Below are positions 63,574 through 63,602 of a stretch of DNA of 63,602 bases, one piece after another. The position numbers were made by a program, and so were the translations under genes. The number at the start of each line of letters is the position of its first letter. Within the stretch, counting starts at the first letter, position 1. The stretch is from a virus (lineage: Duplodnaviria > Caudoviricetes): positions 1 to 63,602 of IMG/VR virus record IMGVR_UViG_3300046791_000392, one strand, 5' to 3'. The notes below the pieces were generated by a model. It worked only from the letters and a program-made list of their open reading frames with translations, was not told the origin of the DNA and did no database searches.

Positions 63574-63602
63574 AGGCCGCCCCCGGCAACCACGTAGCAC
63601 GC

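Overview
This window looks like a complete or nearly complete, GC-rich tailed bacteriophage genome. A podovirus-like morphology is likely: there is no tape-measure, sheath or tail-tube gene, but there are large ejection-type proteins. A ~79-bp degenerate tandem repeat runs across the end/start junction, which suggests a circularly closed contig. The host is inferred to be a Gram-negative bacterium, probably an alphaproteobacterium, from the CTTG-N17-CTATAT promoter and the DUF3309, PEP-CTERM, Tat and lipoprotein cargo. There are four blocks. (1) + 625-5457: early genes (MoxR/CobS-like AAA ATPase, CobT-like vWA protein, lipoprotein). (2) - 5518-9915: RuvC-like resolvase, SF3 helicase and RepB-type primase. 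(3) + 10363-26760: SNF2 helicase, Cas4-like nuclease, probable SSB, family A DNA polymerase, dNMP kinase, small regulators and a secreted-protein cargo island. (4) - 26781-63258: terminase, portal, scaffold, capsid, tail, ejection proteins including a 3300-aa multi-domain protein, three paralogous receptor-binding proteins and an HlyC-like acyltransferase. The most notable signals are: genome-wide clustered TGTCCA/TGGACA boxes; an RTX-type toxin-activating acyltransferase beside putative injected proteins that share an N-terminal SFW motif; an Acb2-like anti-CBASS sponge; a candidate small RNA; and PEP-CTERM and Tat-repeat cargo. No tRNA, CRISPR array, intact integrase or clear endolysin was recognised. 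All calls come from reading motifs by eye; no searches or counts were run.
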